This document shows, in pieces, positions 40,086 through 47,264 of a DNA stretch of 47,264 nucleotides. The stretch is from Acidobacteriota bacterium (lineage in GTDB: Bacteria > Acidobacteriota > Vicinamibacteria > Vicinamibacterales > CAVVIG01). Under the pieces are notes generated by a model. The model was not told where the DNA came from. It saw nothing but the letters and a program-made list of their open reading frames with translations, and made no database searches. Where the stretch lies: positions 1 to 47,264 of the forward strand of contig JAHFUJ010000005.1 in assembly GCA_023265105.1 (NCBI GenBank). Direction: 5' to 3'. Position 1 is the first letter of the stretch. Every line of letters begins with the position of its first letter. Both the position numbers and the translations under genes were made by a program.

Positions 40086-41227
40086 ATCTCACCGCGGCGG
40101 CGTTGAGGCGGCTGACCGCCGGGAGCGTCGCTCTGGCGGTCGTCTCTTGGGCGCTGCTTGCGGTTCGAGGCGAGTTCCAGGTCGGGTGGCTGAGCGGCTA
40201 CGAGGGTGCACTGCGTGCCCTGTTCGGTGCCGGGCTGGCGGGCACCGCCCTCGGCTGGAGCGCCCAACGATGCGGCGCGTCTCGAATCTCGGCTGTTATC
40301 CCACGAGTCGCGGTCGCCGGTGCCGCAACCGTCGCCACGCTCGTTGTGGCCGAGTTCGGGCTGCGCTATGTCTTCCGCGACGTGCACTCGAGCGCCGACG
40401 GACGCACGTTCTTTGCGCGCCGCGGCGGGCCGAGCCTGCGAACCAACGCCCTGGGCTTTCGCGAACGGGAGGTCGGCGCTAAAACCGCCGGTCGCTACCG
40501 GATTGCGATCGTCGGTGATTCGTTCACGTGGGGACAGGGCATCGAGGAGCGCGAGCGGTTTTCCAACGTGCTCGAGGCGTCCCTCGGGTCGTCGTACGAG
40601 GTGCTGAACTTCGGCATCCCGGGCAACAACCTGCCCGAGCACGTGCAGGTGCTCGAGCAGGTGCTGAAGGTTTCGCCCGACTTCGTACTGCTTCAGTTGT
40701 ACGTCAACGATTTCGAGATGCCGGAGATGATCCGACCGGAGGCCCATGCACTGTTGCCGTGGCCGACGATCGATTATTGGCTGCTTCGATCGTCCGCTCT
40801 CTACGATCTGCTGAACGACGAGTGGGGACAGCTGCAAGAAGCGACCGGGATGGTCGAGAGCTACACTCGCTATATGGAGCGCAGTCTCCGCGACCCGGCG
40901 TCGATCAACTCGCGCGCGGCATTCGGGCTGTTCAGTAAGTTCATCGAACGGGCGCGCGCGGCCGGCGCTCCGAGCGGAACGGTGTTGTTTCCCAATCCAG
41001 GATTCCTCAGCAGGAACTATCCGTTCGGGTACCTGCACGATCGCGTGCAAGCGGCCTGCGCCGGGCAGCGCATCACATGTCTCGATCTGCGGTCGTCGTT
41101 CGCGGCATCATTCCGCAATCCGCAAAGCATGTGGGTCAGCCGGTTCGATCCACACCCCAACGCGCGCGCCAATGCTCGGGCGACGCAGGAAATCCTTGCG
41201 GCGTTCCGCGAAGCCTGGCATCGCTGA
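40082..41227 (+). CDS. Membrane-anchored SGNH/GDSL-family hydrolase
   Basis: N-terminal TM segments are followed by IAIVGDSFTWGQG (block I), GIPGNN and LQLYVNDF, and a C-terminal FDPHPN (block V). The gene overlaps the preceding stop (ATGA). Confidence 0.78.
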   Translation: MNLTAAALRRLTAGSVALAVVSWALLAVRGEFQVGWLSGYEGALRALFGAGLAGTALGWSAQRCGASRISAVIPRVAVAGAATVATLVVAEFGLRYVFRDVHSSADGRTFFARRGGPSLRTNALGFREREVGAKTAGRYRIAIVGDSFTWGQGIEERERFSNVLEASLGSSYEVLNFGIPGNNLPEHVQVLEQVLKVSPDFVLLQLYVNDFEMPEMIRPEAHALLPWPTIDYWLLRSSALYDLLNDEWGQLQEATGMVESYTRYMERSLRDPASINSRAAFGLFSKFIERARAAGAPSGTVLFPNPGFLSRNYPFGYLHDRVQAACAGQRITCLDLRSSFAASFRNPQSMWVSRFDPHPNARANARATQEILAAFREAWHR

Positions 41228-41233
41228 TCGGCA

Positions 41234-41502
41234 GTACGTCGTGTCCGGCTTCAGCCGGACCGTGATTACTGACAGTACGTAGTGTCCGGCTTTAGCCGGA
41301 CCCCGGTACGTAGTGTCCGCCTTCAGCGGCCCACGCGACGCGTCGCGACACATCGCACCAGGAACTGACCTCCGCACAGGTCAGTTCCTTAGGAGGCGGA
41401 CCCTGATCGGCTTCAACCGGACCTCGGTACGTAGTGTCCGCCTTCAGGCGGACCGTGATCGGCCGAACCCTGATCAGTCGTGGTGTCCGCCTTTAGGCGG
41501 AC
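41234..41502 (-). repeat. Cluster of five or six GTACGTAGT plus GTCCGSC-hairpin elements, one interrupted by nested palindromes
   Basis: Hairpins lie at 41243-41260, 41284-41301, 41436-41453 and 41485-41502. A split copy (left arm 41315, right arm 41394-41401) encloses CGCGACGCGTCGCG and AGGAACTGACC-N8-GGTCAGTTCCT. Confidence 0.9.
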
Positions 41503-43023
41503 CATGAGGTATACCCCGCACCCGAGCCACACGAGCGCGAGCGGGATCAGGCTTGCGTGCCCGTCGAGACCGATCTTCATGCCGAGGTTGAACGCCGCCT
41601 TCGGTTCGACGTGACGGCGCCAGCCTCCGACGTCGACGCCGGCGTCGGTGAACCGCTGCGTGTTCAACGCCAGGTCGCCGTCGTGAAAGGCGGGAAGCAG
41701 AAGCTCGCGGACCGGGCGCGAAAACTGGGCCGGAGGCGACGCCATTGTGGCGACGGCCACTAGTGAGAGCGCCGTGCCCCACGCCGAGAGCCCGGCAAGC
41801 CCGGCACGAAAGATCGCTGGGGCCTGGGTCCACAAAATCGCAAGACCGACACAAAAAAACGGAATGCCAGGCGTCAAATGCCTGGGGCCGTACGACCATC
41901 CGCCTTCCCAGTACGTGTAGCCCGCGTTGAGCAGCACGTAATACACGCCGATGAGCAGGGCGACGAGCGCCGCCCGGTGAGCGCGGGCGCCCTGGAAGAG
42001 GAGAATCGCAAGGCCAAGCGGGGCGAGGGCGAGTTCGGGGGCCAGCGGCAGGAGTCCGCGATACTCGCCCAGCAGGATCTGGTACAGGCGGGTCAACCGC
42101 GGCGTGCCGATTCCAAACACGCCCTGTTGCAAGCCCTCGTATCCCTGCTCGCTGGAGTATGCGAGGTGAAACGGCGATCCAAAGCATAAGTACTGATACG
42201 CCATCAGGACCGCGGCACAGGCGAGCGCCCCGGCCGCAAGGGCGCCGAGCACGCGCATCACTCGAGCGCGTCCGAGCGGCCGCACCTGAACCGCGGCGAG
42301 CCCAGCCAGCAAAACGGCCGGCACGGCCGCTGGAAATTCAGACACCGTCGCCCAGCCGGCGCCCAACCCAACAACGAGGCCAAGCCGGACGTCCGACCGG
42401 TACGTGGTGTCCGGCTCGTACGTGGCGTCCGGCAGGTACGTGGCGTCCGGCTTTAGCCGGACCTTCTCTCGCCCAATCCGCACCGCCGCCGTAAACGCGA
42501 ACACGAGGCACGCGGCAGAAAACGCGTGGCCGATGAACTGGGTCGCGAGCGCCCAGATCGGCGATGCAAGACCGAACGACAGCACCGCAAACAATGCTCC
42601 TGTGCGCGTCGCGCCCAAGTCCGTGCAGACCTGATAGAGCGACACGCCGGCCGCCGCCGTCAGAAGTCCGACGGTCAGCACCGTGGCGAGATACGAGAGA
42701 AACGCGATGCCGCCGTAGGACTCCGGGTCATCGCCGCCAAGTGCCATGATCGGGCGCGCGAGGGCGACGATCGGAACCGCCGTCAGCGCGAGCCCAGGCG
42801 CTTTGTCGGTGTAGTAGTGCCCGTCGAAGAACGCCTTGTCGCCCGTCGCTTTCTGGAACGGGTCGATGCGAACCGAGTGCTCGTTGGTGATAGCGCGAAC
42901 GAGCGCAAACCGCGAGTTCTGATTCCAGCCGCCCGCCTGGTAGAAATACGCATACGAGGCGAACAGGAGGAAGAAGATCAGGGGAAAAGGGACTGTCCCT
43001 GTTCCGCTTTTTGCGTACATCAT
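41413..43023 (-). CDS. Polytopic membrane protein, GT-C-fold glycosyltransferase-like, with repeat-derived internal segment and C-terminal tail
   Basis: Start is at MMYAKSGTG (ATG 43023, overlapping the upstream stop). The first loop reads GGWNQNSRFALVRAI...ATGDKAFFDGHYYTDKAPG, followed by more than 10 TM segments. Internal KPDATYLPDATYEPDTTYRSD and the tail RLKADTTTDQGSADHGPPEGGHYVPRSG are encoded by repeats. Confidence 0.8.
   Translation of the reverse strand: MMYAKSGTGTVPFPLIFFLLFASYAYFYQAGGWNQNSRFALVRAITNEHSVRIDPFQKATGDKAFFDGHYYTDKAPGLALTAVPIVALARPIMALGGDDPESYGGIAFLSYLATVLTVGLLTAAAGVSLYQVCTDLGATRTGALFAVLSFGLASPIWALATQFIGHAFSAACLVFAFTAAVRIGREKVRLKPDATYLPDATYEPDTTYRSDVRLGLVVGLGAGWATVSEFPAAVPAVLLAGLAAVQVRPLGRARVMRVLGALAAGALACAAVLMAYQYLCFGSPFHLAYSSEQGYEGLQQGVFGIGTPRLTRLYQILLGEYRGLLPLAPELALAPLGLAILLFQGARAHRAALVALLIGVYYVLLNAGYTYWEGGWSYGPRHLTPGIPFFCVGLAILWTQAPAIFRAGLAGLSAWGTALSLVAVATMASPPAQFSRPVRELLLPAFHDGDLALNTQRFTDAGVDVGGWRRHVEPKAAFNLGMKIGLDGHASLIPLALVWLGCGVYLMVRLKADTTTDQGSADHGPPEGGHYVPRSG
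42384..42462 (-). repeat. 18-nt-period partial copies (GTACGTGGYGTCCGGC x3) ending in a full GTCCGGC-TTTA-GCCGGAC hairpin, inside CDS
   Basis: gtacgtggtgtccggctc gtacgtggcgtccggcag gtacgtggcgtccggctttagccggac. Confidence 0.85.
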
Positions 43024-44237
43024 GGCTGTTTCTGCAAAAGGCTCCCGACCCCAATGATCAACACTGCCATGCTGACGAGCTCGCCGGCGACGGTGGCCAG
43101 CGCGGCGCCCTCCGCACCCATGCGAGGAATGACGTACAGGTTCAGGCCGACGTTGGTCGCGAGTCCAATCACGGCGGTCTTGACCAGCAGGCGCTCGGCA
43201 TTGACCGAGATCGCGATAGCGTGGAGCACCCAAATCGTGAAGACGAACACGAGGCCGAGGCACAGGATCCGGAAGGGTGCGGCAGCCCGCGCGAACGCCG
43301 GTCCGAATAGCCATCCGATCAGCGATCCGGACAGCGCGTAGGCGGCGGTCCCCATCGCCAGCGCGAGTGCGACCGCGCCGGCCACGCCCCACAACGCCAC
43401 GCGGCGGTGCGCGGCCCGATCGGACTCGAACAGGCCCGACAGTCTGGGCGTCAGAACGGCGGCAATGATGGAACACGCATAGGTGAGCCCCTCGTACACG
43501 CGGTAGGCCGCCGTGTACACTCCCGTTTCGACGTCCGTACGCATCACGCCAAGCATCACGGCGTCGATGTAAGAATACAGATTCAACACCACGAGGAACA
43601 ATCCGAGCGGCACCGCCGTCTTCTGGAGCTCGCGCCACACCACGCGATCGAAGCGCAGCCCCACACCGCCGACCTGCGCGCGCGTGATCCACGCCGTCAG
43701 CGCGAGCGCCGTGGCGCGAGCCGCCACGAACGCGATCACCAGGCCGCGCAGGCCTGTGCCCGCCACGAGCGCCACAGCGCCGAACAACAGAAGAATTCCG
43801 CGGTCGGACGCGACGACCACACTGTCCCAGCCGAATCGCTCGAGGCCCTGCAACACGCCACGAATCGTCAACATGTAGGATCGCAGCACGAGGGAGCCGC
43901 CCACGAAGTAACACGCCAGGCGGACATCCCACTCCGATCGCAAGAGTGTTGCGGTCCCAACCAACGCCGCGAATGCGCCGGCCCCCCACACCAGCTTGAT
44001 GCCGAGCGTGTGGTGCAGCAGCTCGGTCGCCCGCGACTTGTCGCGCGCCACGGCGCGAATGGTCACTTGGTGCAGGCCGAAATCCATCAGCGTCTCGAAA
44101 ATCATGCCGAGCGCGAGCGCGAACGAGAACTTGCCGAACTCCGCGTCACCGAGCGTGCGGCCCGCGATGATGAAGAGGATGACGAGCAAGCCGGCACTTG
44201 CCGCCGACACGCTCGCATAGGCCATGTTCTTGAACAT
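43020..44237 (-). CDS. MOP-superfamily polysaccharide/oligosaccharide flippase (Wzx-like)
   Basis: 405 aa with about 12 TM segments. LGDAEFGKFSFALALGMIFETLMDFGL is typical of the polysaccharide biosynthesis protein family. Confidence 0.8.
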   Translation of the reverse strand: MFKNMAYASVSAASAGLLVILFIIAGRTLGDAEFGKFSFALALGMIFETLMDFGLHQVTIRAVARDKSRATELLHHTLGIKLVWGAGAFAALVGTATLLRSEWDVRLACYFVGGSLVLRSYMLTIRGVLQGLERFGWDSVVVASDRGILLLFGAVALVAGTGLRGLVIAFVAARATALALTAWITRAQVGGVGLRFDRVVWRELQKTAVPLGLFLVVLNLYSYIDAVMLGVMRTDVETGVYTAAYRVYEGLTYACSIIAAVLTPRLSGLFESDRAAHRRVALWGVAGAVALALAMGTAAYALSGSLIGWLFGPAFARAAAPFRILCLGLVFVFTIWVLHAIAISVNAERLLVKTAVIGLATNVGLNLYVIPRMGAEGAALATVAGELVSMAVLIIGVGSLLQKQP

Positions 44238-45436
44238 CAGCGCGTCCCGGCGGCTCGTTCGATGAGCTGGGCGTATCGATCCATCAACACCTGTTCGTCG
44301 AACTCGGCGATGACTGTTTTGAGCGCCGCCTCCGCCAGGCGGGCGCGGAGCGAGGAATCAGCAAGAGCGCGCGCAATTGCCGCCGCGATCGACGCCGGCG
44401 AACGCGGCTCGTGCAGCAGGGCGTTCTGGTTGTCGGCGAGAAAGTCGCGGAGTCCGCCGACGTTGGACGCGACGATGGGTACGCCGCTGGCCATCGCCTC
44501 GATGGCCGACAACCCAAACGCCTCGAAGTGCGAGGGCTGCACAGAGAGATCGGCCGCGCGGAACAGGGGCGCCGTGTCCGTGACGGGTCCTTCGAATCGC
44601 ACGCGGTCTTGGAGCCCATGCTGCGCGACCAACGCGCGCGCCTTCTGCCCGGCGTCCCACGGATGCGCCGGCATGTCGGGCCCCACGAGCACGAGGAGCG
44701 CGTCGCGGCGATCGACTAGCCGCCAGGCTTCCACCAGGTCGAGCACTCCTTTTTCGATGCTGAGTCGGCCGACGAACAGGACGATCGGGCGGCCGGTGGG
44801 CCAGCCGAGGCGGGTGCGCAGCACGTCGCGGTCGCCCGGCGCCGCGGGATGAAAGCGGCCGAGATCCACGCCGTGGGGCAGGTAGTGCACCCGCTCGCGG
44901 GGCACGCCGGTGTCGAGCGCCTCCCGTTCGATGTCGTGCCCGATGCACACGATGTGATCGGCGCGGCGGTAAATCGCCCGGGGCGCCCGCTTAACGGCGC
45001 GAACGATGCCCGGTTCCGGCGGCAGCCCGGACGACGATCCGTGGTTCGCGCTGGCGAGCACTCCACCGGTTTCGGCCTGAAGAATCACCGCACGATGCAA
45101 GAGCCTGCCTGCGGCGAGGGCCGCGATGCCGGTCGCTCGGAAATCGATGCAGACGATGACGTCGAACGTTGACTTGAGCTGAAGGGCTTTCGCGAAAAAG
45201 CGCGGCAGCGCAACCCATTTGCCGCGACCCCGACGCTCCCCGATCGGCCCCACCCGGTGCACGCGCACATCGTCGACGATCGCTTCGACCGGATGTTCGC
45301 GGCTGACCCGTTTGGTCACGACCTGCACCTCGAAGCCGGCGCGATGCAGGTACGAGACCAGCCGGCGCGCGTGCGTCTCCGCGCCGCCCAGCACGGGATG
45401 ATAGTAGGTACTGAGCACGAGCACGCGCGGCTTCAT
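44237..45436 (-). CDS. GT4-family (GT-B fold) glycosyltransferase
   Basis: MKPRVLVLSTYYHPVLGGAETHA, LFVGRLSIEKG and the E-x7-E region PSHFEAFGLSAIEAMASGVPIV are present. Only the last 399 codons of track ORF 44237..46387 are used. Confidence 0.9.
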   Translation of the reverse strand: MKPRVLVLSTYYHPVLGGAETHARRLVSYLHRAGFEVQVVTKRVSREHPVEAIVDDVRVHRVGPIGERRGRGKWVALPRFFAKALQLKSTFDVIVCIDFRATGIAALAAGRLLHRAVILQAETGGVLASANHGSSSGLPPEPGIVRAVKRAPRAIYRRADHIVCIGHDIEREALDTGVPRERVHYLPHGVDLGRFHPAAPGDRDVLRTRLGWPTGRPIVLFVGRLSIEKGVLDLVEAWRLVDRRDALLVLVGPDMPAHPWDAGQKARALVAQHGLQDRVRFEGPVTDTAPLFRAADLSVQPSHFEAFGLSAIEAMASGVPIVASNVGGLRDFLADNQNALLHEPRSPASIAAAIARALADSSLRARLAEAALKTVIAEFDEQVLMDRYAQLIERAAGTR

Positions 45437-46617
45437 CGCGTCAGCACCGTGCGCTTCAGTAAATTCCAGTAGCCATCCAGCAGCCGCTCGTAGAGCGCCC
45501 GTCCGTGGCGGACGATGAAGGTGGAGGCCAGGTCGCCGCGGACGACCAAGGGCCCGCTGATGAGCAGATCGCGATCCGGTCTGCGCCGGATCCGCCGGGC
45601 CAGCGCGCGATCGCGCGGCAGCGCGGGCAGCATCGTGATGAGGCCGGCAACGGCTCGGAGGTACGTCAGACCGTGGCCTTTCGCGACCAGCACCAACAGC
45701 TGCAGCGGCTCGTGAACGAGCAGCGGCGGAATGAGCCATACGATCGTCCGTGCCTCGTAATTCTTCAAGATGAAGTGCCAGCGGTTGCGAATCTGATAGT
45801 AGAAGAGCCACGCGCCGCGCGGACGGCTGAGGTGCAGCACGAGCGAGTGCGGCAGCTCCATGATCGTGTAGCCCGCCATCTTGATCCGGTGCGCGAAGTC
45901 GCCGTCTTCCTTGCCGATGAAATACCGCTCGTCGAACAGACCGACGTCGATGGCCGCCTGCCGGTCGAGAAGCAACGCGCAGGTCGGCGCGGCGCCGATG
46001 TCCTGCGGAGTATGACCTCGATCGACCAGCGGTCGATCGAGCCACGGGTTGATCGCTTCGCAGATGTAATGCAACGCGCCGCCCGCGTACTGAATCACTT
46101 CCGGGCGGTCCGCGTGCACGACGATCGGGCTGCCGACCTTGATGGACGGATCGGCGAGCATCGCAGCGTGCAGGAGTTGAACAGTGTCTGGTTTGATGCG
46201 GACGTCGGCATCCATGAGTAGCACAAAGCGGCTCGTCGCTTCCGTGATCCCGACGTTTCGTCCTGGACTCGGGCCGTCGTTGCGGTCGAGACGACGAACG
46301 CGGACGGCCGGCCATTCGCGTGCGAGCCACTCGCGCGTGCCGTCGGTGCTCGCCACGTCGACCACGGTGATGCGGTCCGCTGGACAACCCGCGGCCGTCA
46401 GCGACTGCAGCGTTGCCGGCAGCGCACCGAGATTGTTGTGAGCGACGATGGCGACCTGGATATCGGCAGGGAAGTCACTGCAGCCTGTTTCGCGATCTGC
46501 AGTGGCGCAGGCCTTCAGGCCCGCGAACGCAGGCTCGTGGCGCGGGACTTTAGTCCTGCCGTTCTCGTGGCGCAGGACTTCGGTCTTGTCCTCCTCGTGT
46601 CGACGCTCGCCAGTCAT
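45433..46617 (-). CDS. GT2-family glycosyltransferase with repeat-encoded N-terminal extension
   Basis: VAIVAHNN, VVDVASTDGT, LLMDADV and FIGKEDGDFAHR are present. The N-terminal ~40 aa (MTGERRHEEDKTEVLRHENGRTKVPRHEPAFAGLKACAT) derive from the 30-nt repeats. ATG 46617 overlaps the upstream stop. Confidence 0.85.
   Translation of the reverse strand: MTGERRHEEDKTEVLRHENGRTKVPRHEPAFAGLKACATADRETGCSDFPADIQVAIVAHNNLGALPATLQSLTAAGCPADRITVVDVASTDGTREWLAREWPAVRVRRLDRNDGPSPGRNVGITEATSRFVLLMDADVRIKPDTVQLLHAAMLADPSIKVGSPIVVHADRPEVIQYAGGALHYICEAINPWLDRPLVDRGHTPQDIGAAPTCALLLDRQAAIDVGLFDERYFIGKEDGDFAHRIKMAGYTIMELPHSLVLHLSRPRGAWLFYYQIRNRWHFILKNYEARTIVWLIPPLLVHEPLQLLVLVAKGHGLTYLRAVAGLITMLPALPRDRALARRIRRRPDRDLLISGPLVVRGDLASTFIVRHGRALYERLLDGYWNLLKRTVLTR
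46501..46590. repeat. Three 30-nt units of the GTNCTCGTGGCGCA-GGACTTTAGTCC-TGCC family
   Basis: Units start at 46501 (degenerate), 46531 and 46561. Same family as 30471-30590. Confidence 0.85.
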
Positions 46618-47264
46618 CGGACCGTCGTGAAAAACCACTGGCGGCCGCGGCCGGGCAGGCAAGTCAGGAACTTGCTGTTGAGGCGCATGAGCTGGAATCG
46701 ATCGTCGCCCGCGTGCACGCCGCGGCGTCTGAACGGCCGCTCGGCAAAGGCGGTTTCGTGTCCGGTCTCGGCCAGCGCGCGGCGCGTTACCTCGCCGGCG
46801 ATGCCCCACGGCAGAGCGACGTGGCGGACCGTCGTTGTGCCGAGCTTCTCGTTGAGCAGGGCCCGGCCGAGCGCGAGTTCCTCGCGAATGGCGGCGCCCC
46901 GCGCGGCTTCAGTTTCGATAGTGCCGGCGCCTGTTCGTGCAATGTGTTGCAGCTCCTGACGCCACTCCGCGCGCGTGAAGAAATCGGCGCCGCCGCGGCG
47001 CCGCACGTGATCGCGGCATTGTTCGGCGACGCCCTCGTCCGCGACAAGGCGACGCGCGTCCGACATCCGCGAGCGTCGCAGATAGAGCGGCGTGCCGAGC
47101 GCGTCAGGCTCCACGAATCGCATTACGCCATTCGCCAACGCCAGCGGCCGGTTGAGCAGCGGCTCGCGGGCGAACTCCGGCGTCACGAATCCGGCGAGGT
47201 GTTCGTCGCTGAATATCATCGCGTGCGATCGCGTATGCGACTGGACGTCGACGATGCCGCTCGC
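46614..47264 (-). CDS. Polysaccharide deacetylase-like protein, C-terminal part (5' end beyond window)
   Basis: The frame stays open to the window end and reads ASGIVDVQSHTRSHAMIFSDEHL (NodB-type HxxxH-like motif), then LPWGIAGE... The track ORF 46614..47219 is its internal-Met version. Confidence 0.65.
   Translation of the reverse strand, partial: ASGIVDVQSHTRSHAMIFSDEHLAGFVTPEFAREPLLNRPLALANGVMRFVEPDALGTPLYLRRSRMSDARRLVADEGVAEQCRDHVRRRGGADFFTRAEWRQELQHIARTGAGTIETEAARGAAIREELALGRALLNEKLGTTTVRHVALPWGIAGEVTRRALAETGHETAFAERPFRRRGVHAGDDRFQLMRLNSKFLTCLPGRGRQWFFTTVR

Noticed and set aside
43024-43989. 5' extension of the 858-aa ORF 41413..43989, and likewise 45437-46387 of ORF 44237..46387 and 46618-46809 of ORF 45433..46809
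   Set aside because: The extensions run through the upstream flippase, GT2 and deacetylase genes in other frames with Arg/Gly-rich nonsense. Internal ATGs that overlap the upstream stop codons give proteins of canonical length.

Overview
High-GC bacterial chromosomal window, about two-thirds G+C by eye. Gene content and repeat style hint at an Acidobacteriota-like soil bacterium, but this is inference and unverifiable without a search. About 48 protein genes and one tRNA-Phe are supportable. No rRNA, CRISPR array, transposase or integrase was found.

Gene layout:
- 1-4.2 kb: heat-shock module of hspR, a J-protein and clpB, with a HAIR-like operator inside a near-consensus promoter, plus TerC and an Hsp15-like S4 protein.
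- 4.5-16.3 kb: housekeeping and accessory genes (YVTN propeller, GH36 alpha-galactosidase, fused membrane/spermidine-synthase-like protein, a GT-C-like membrane protein, tRNA-Phe, recA divergent from a ydjM-like gene, thiolase, DUF721).
- 16.3-24.4 kb: atypical System I cytochrome c maturation locus, maf-ccmE(CxxxY)-ccmF::ccmH fusion, two unknown genes, then ccmABCD.
- 24.5-29.5 kb: metallophosphoesterase, aroK-aroA, an RsbW-like kinase, an inositol monophosphatase and an OMP.
- 29.5-47.3 kb: envelope glycoconjugate region with three more GT-C-like proteins, DedA, a GtrB-like GT2, two paralogous lipoproteins carrying an unassigned C-terminal domain, two SGNH hydrolases, a flippase, GT4, GT2 and a deacetylase.

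Most unusual observations:
1. Two classes of dispersed repeats. One is long hairpins built from 7-9 nt tandem units, which fill most intergenic gaps. The other is a REP-like GTCCGSC hairpin plus ACGTAC element. It shows compensatory stem variants and nested insertions, and it sits in frame inside several CDSs.
2. A lower-GC 1.56 kb insertion flanked by 111-bp direct repeats that duplicates the 5' end of a GT-C gene.
3. The lipoprotein / GT-C / GtrB / DedA cluster, which is a candidate for an undescribed periplasmic glycosylation system.
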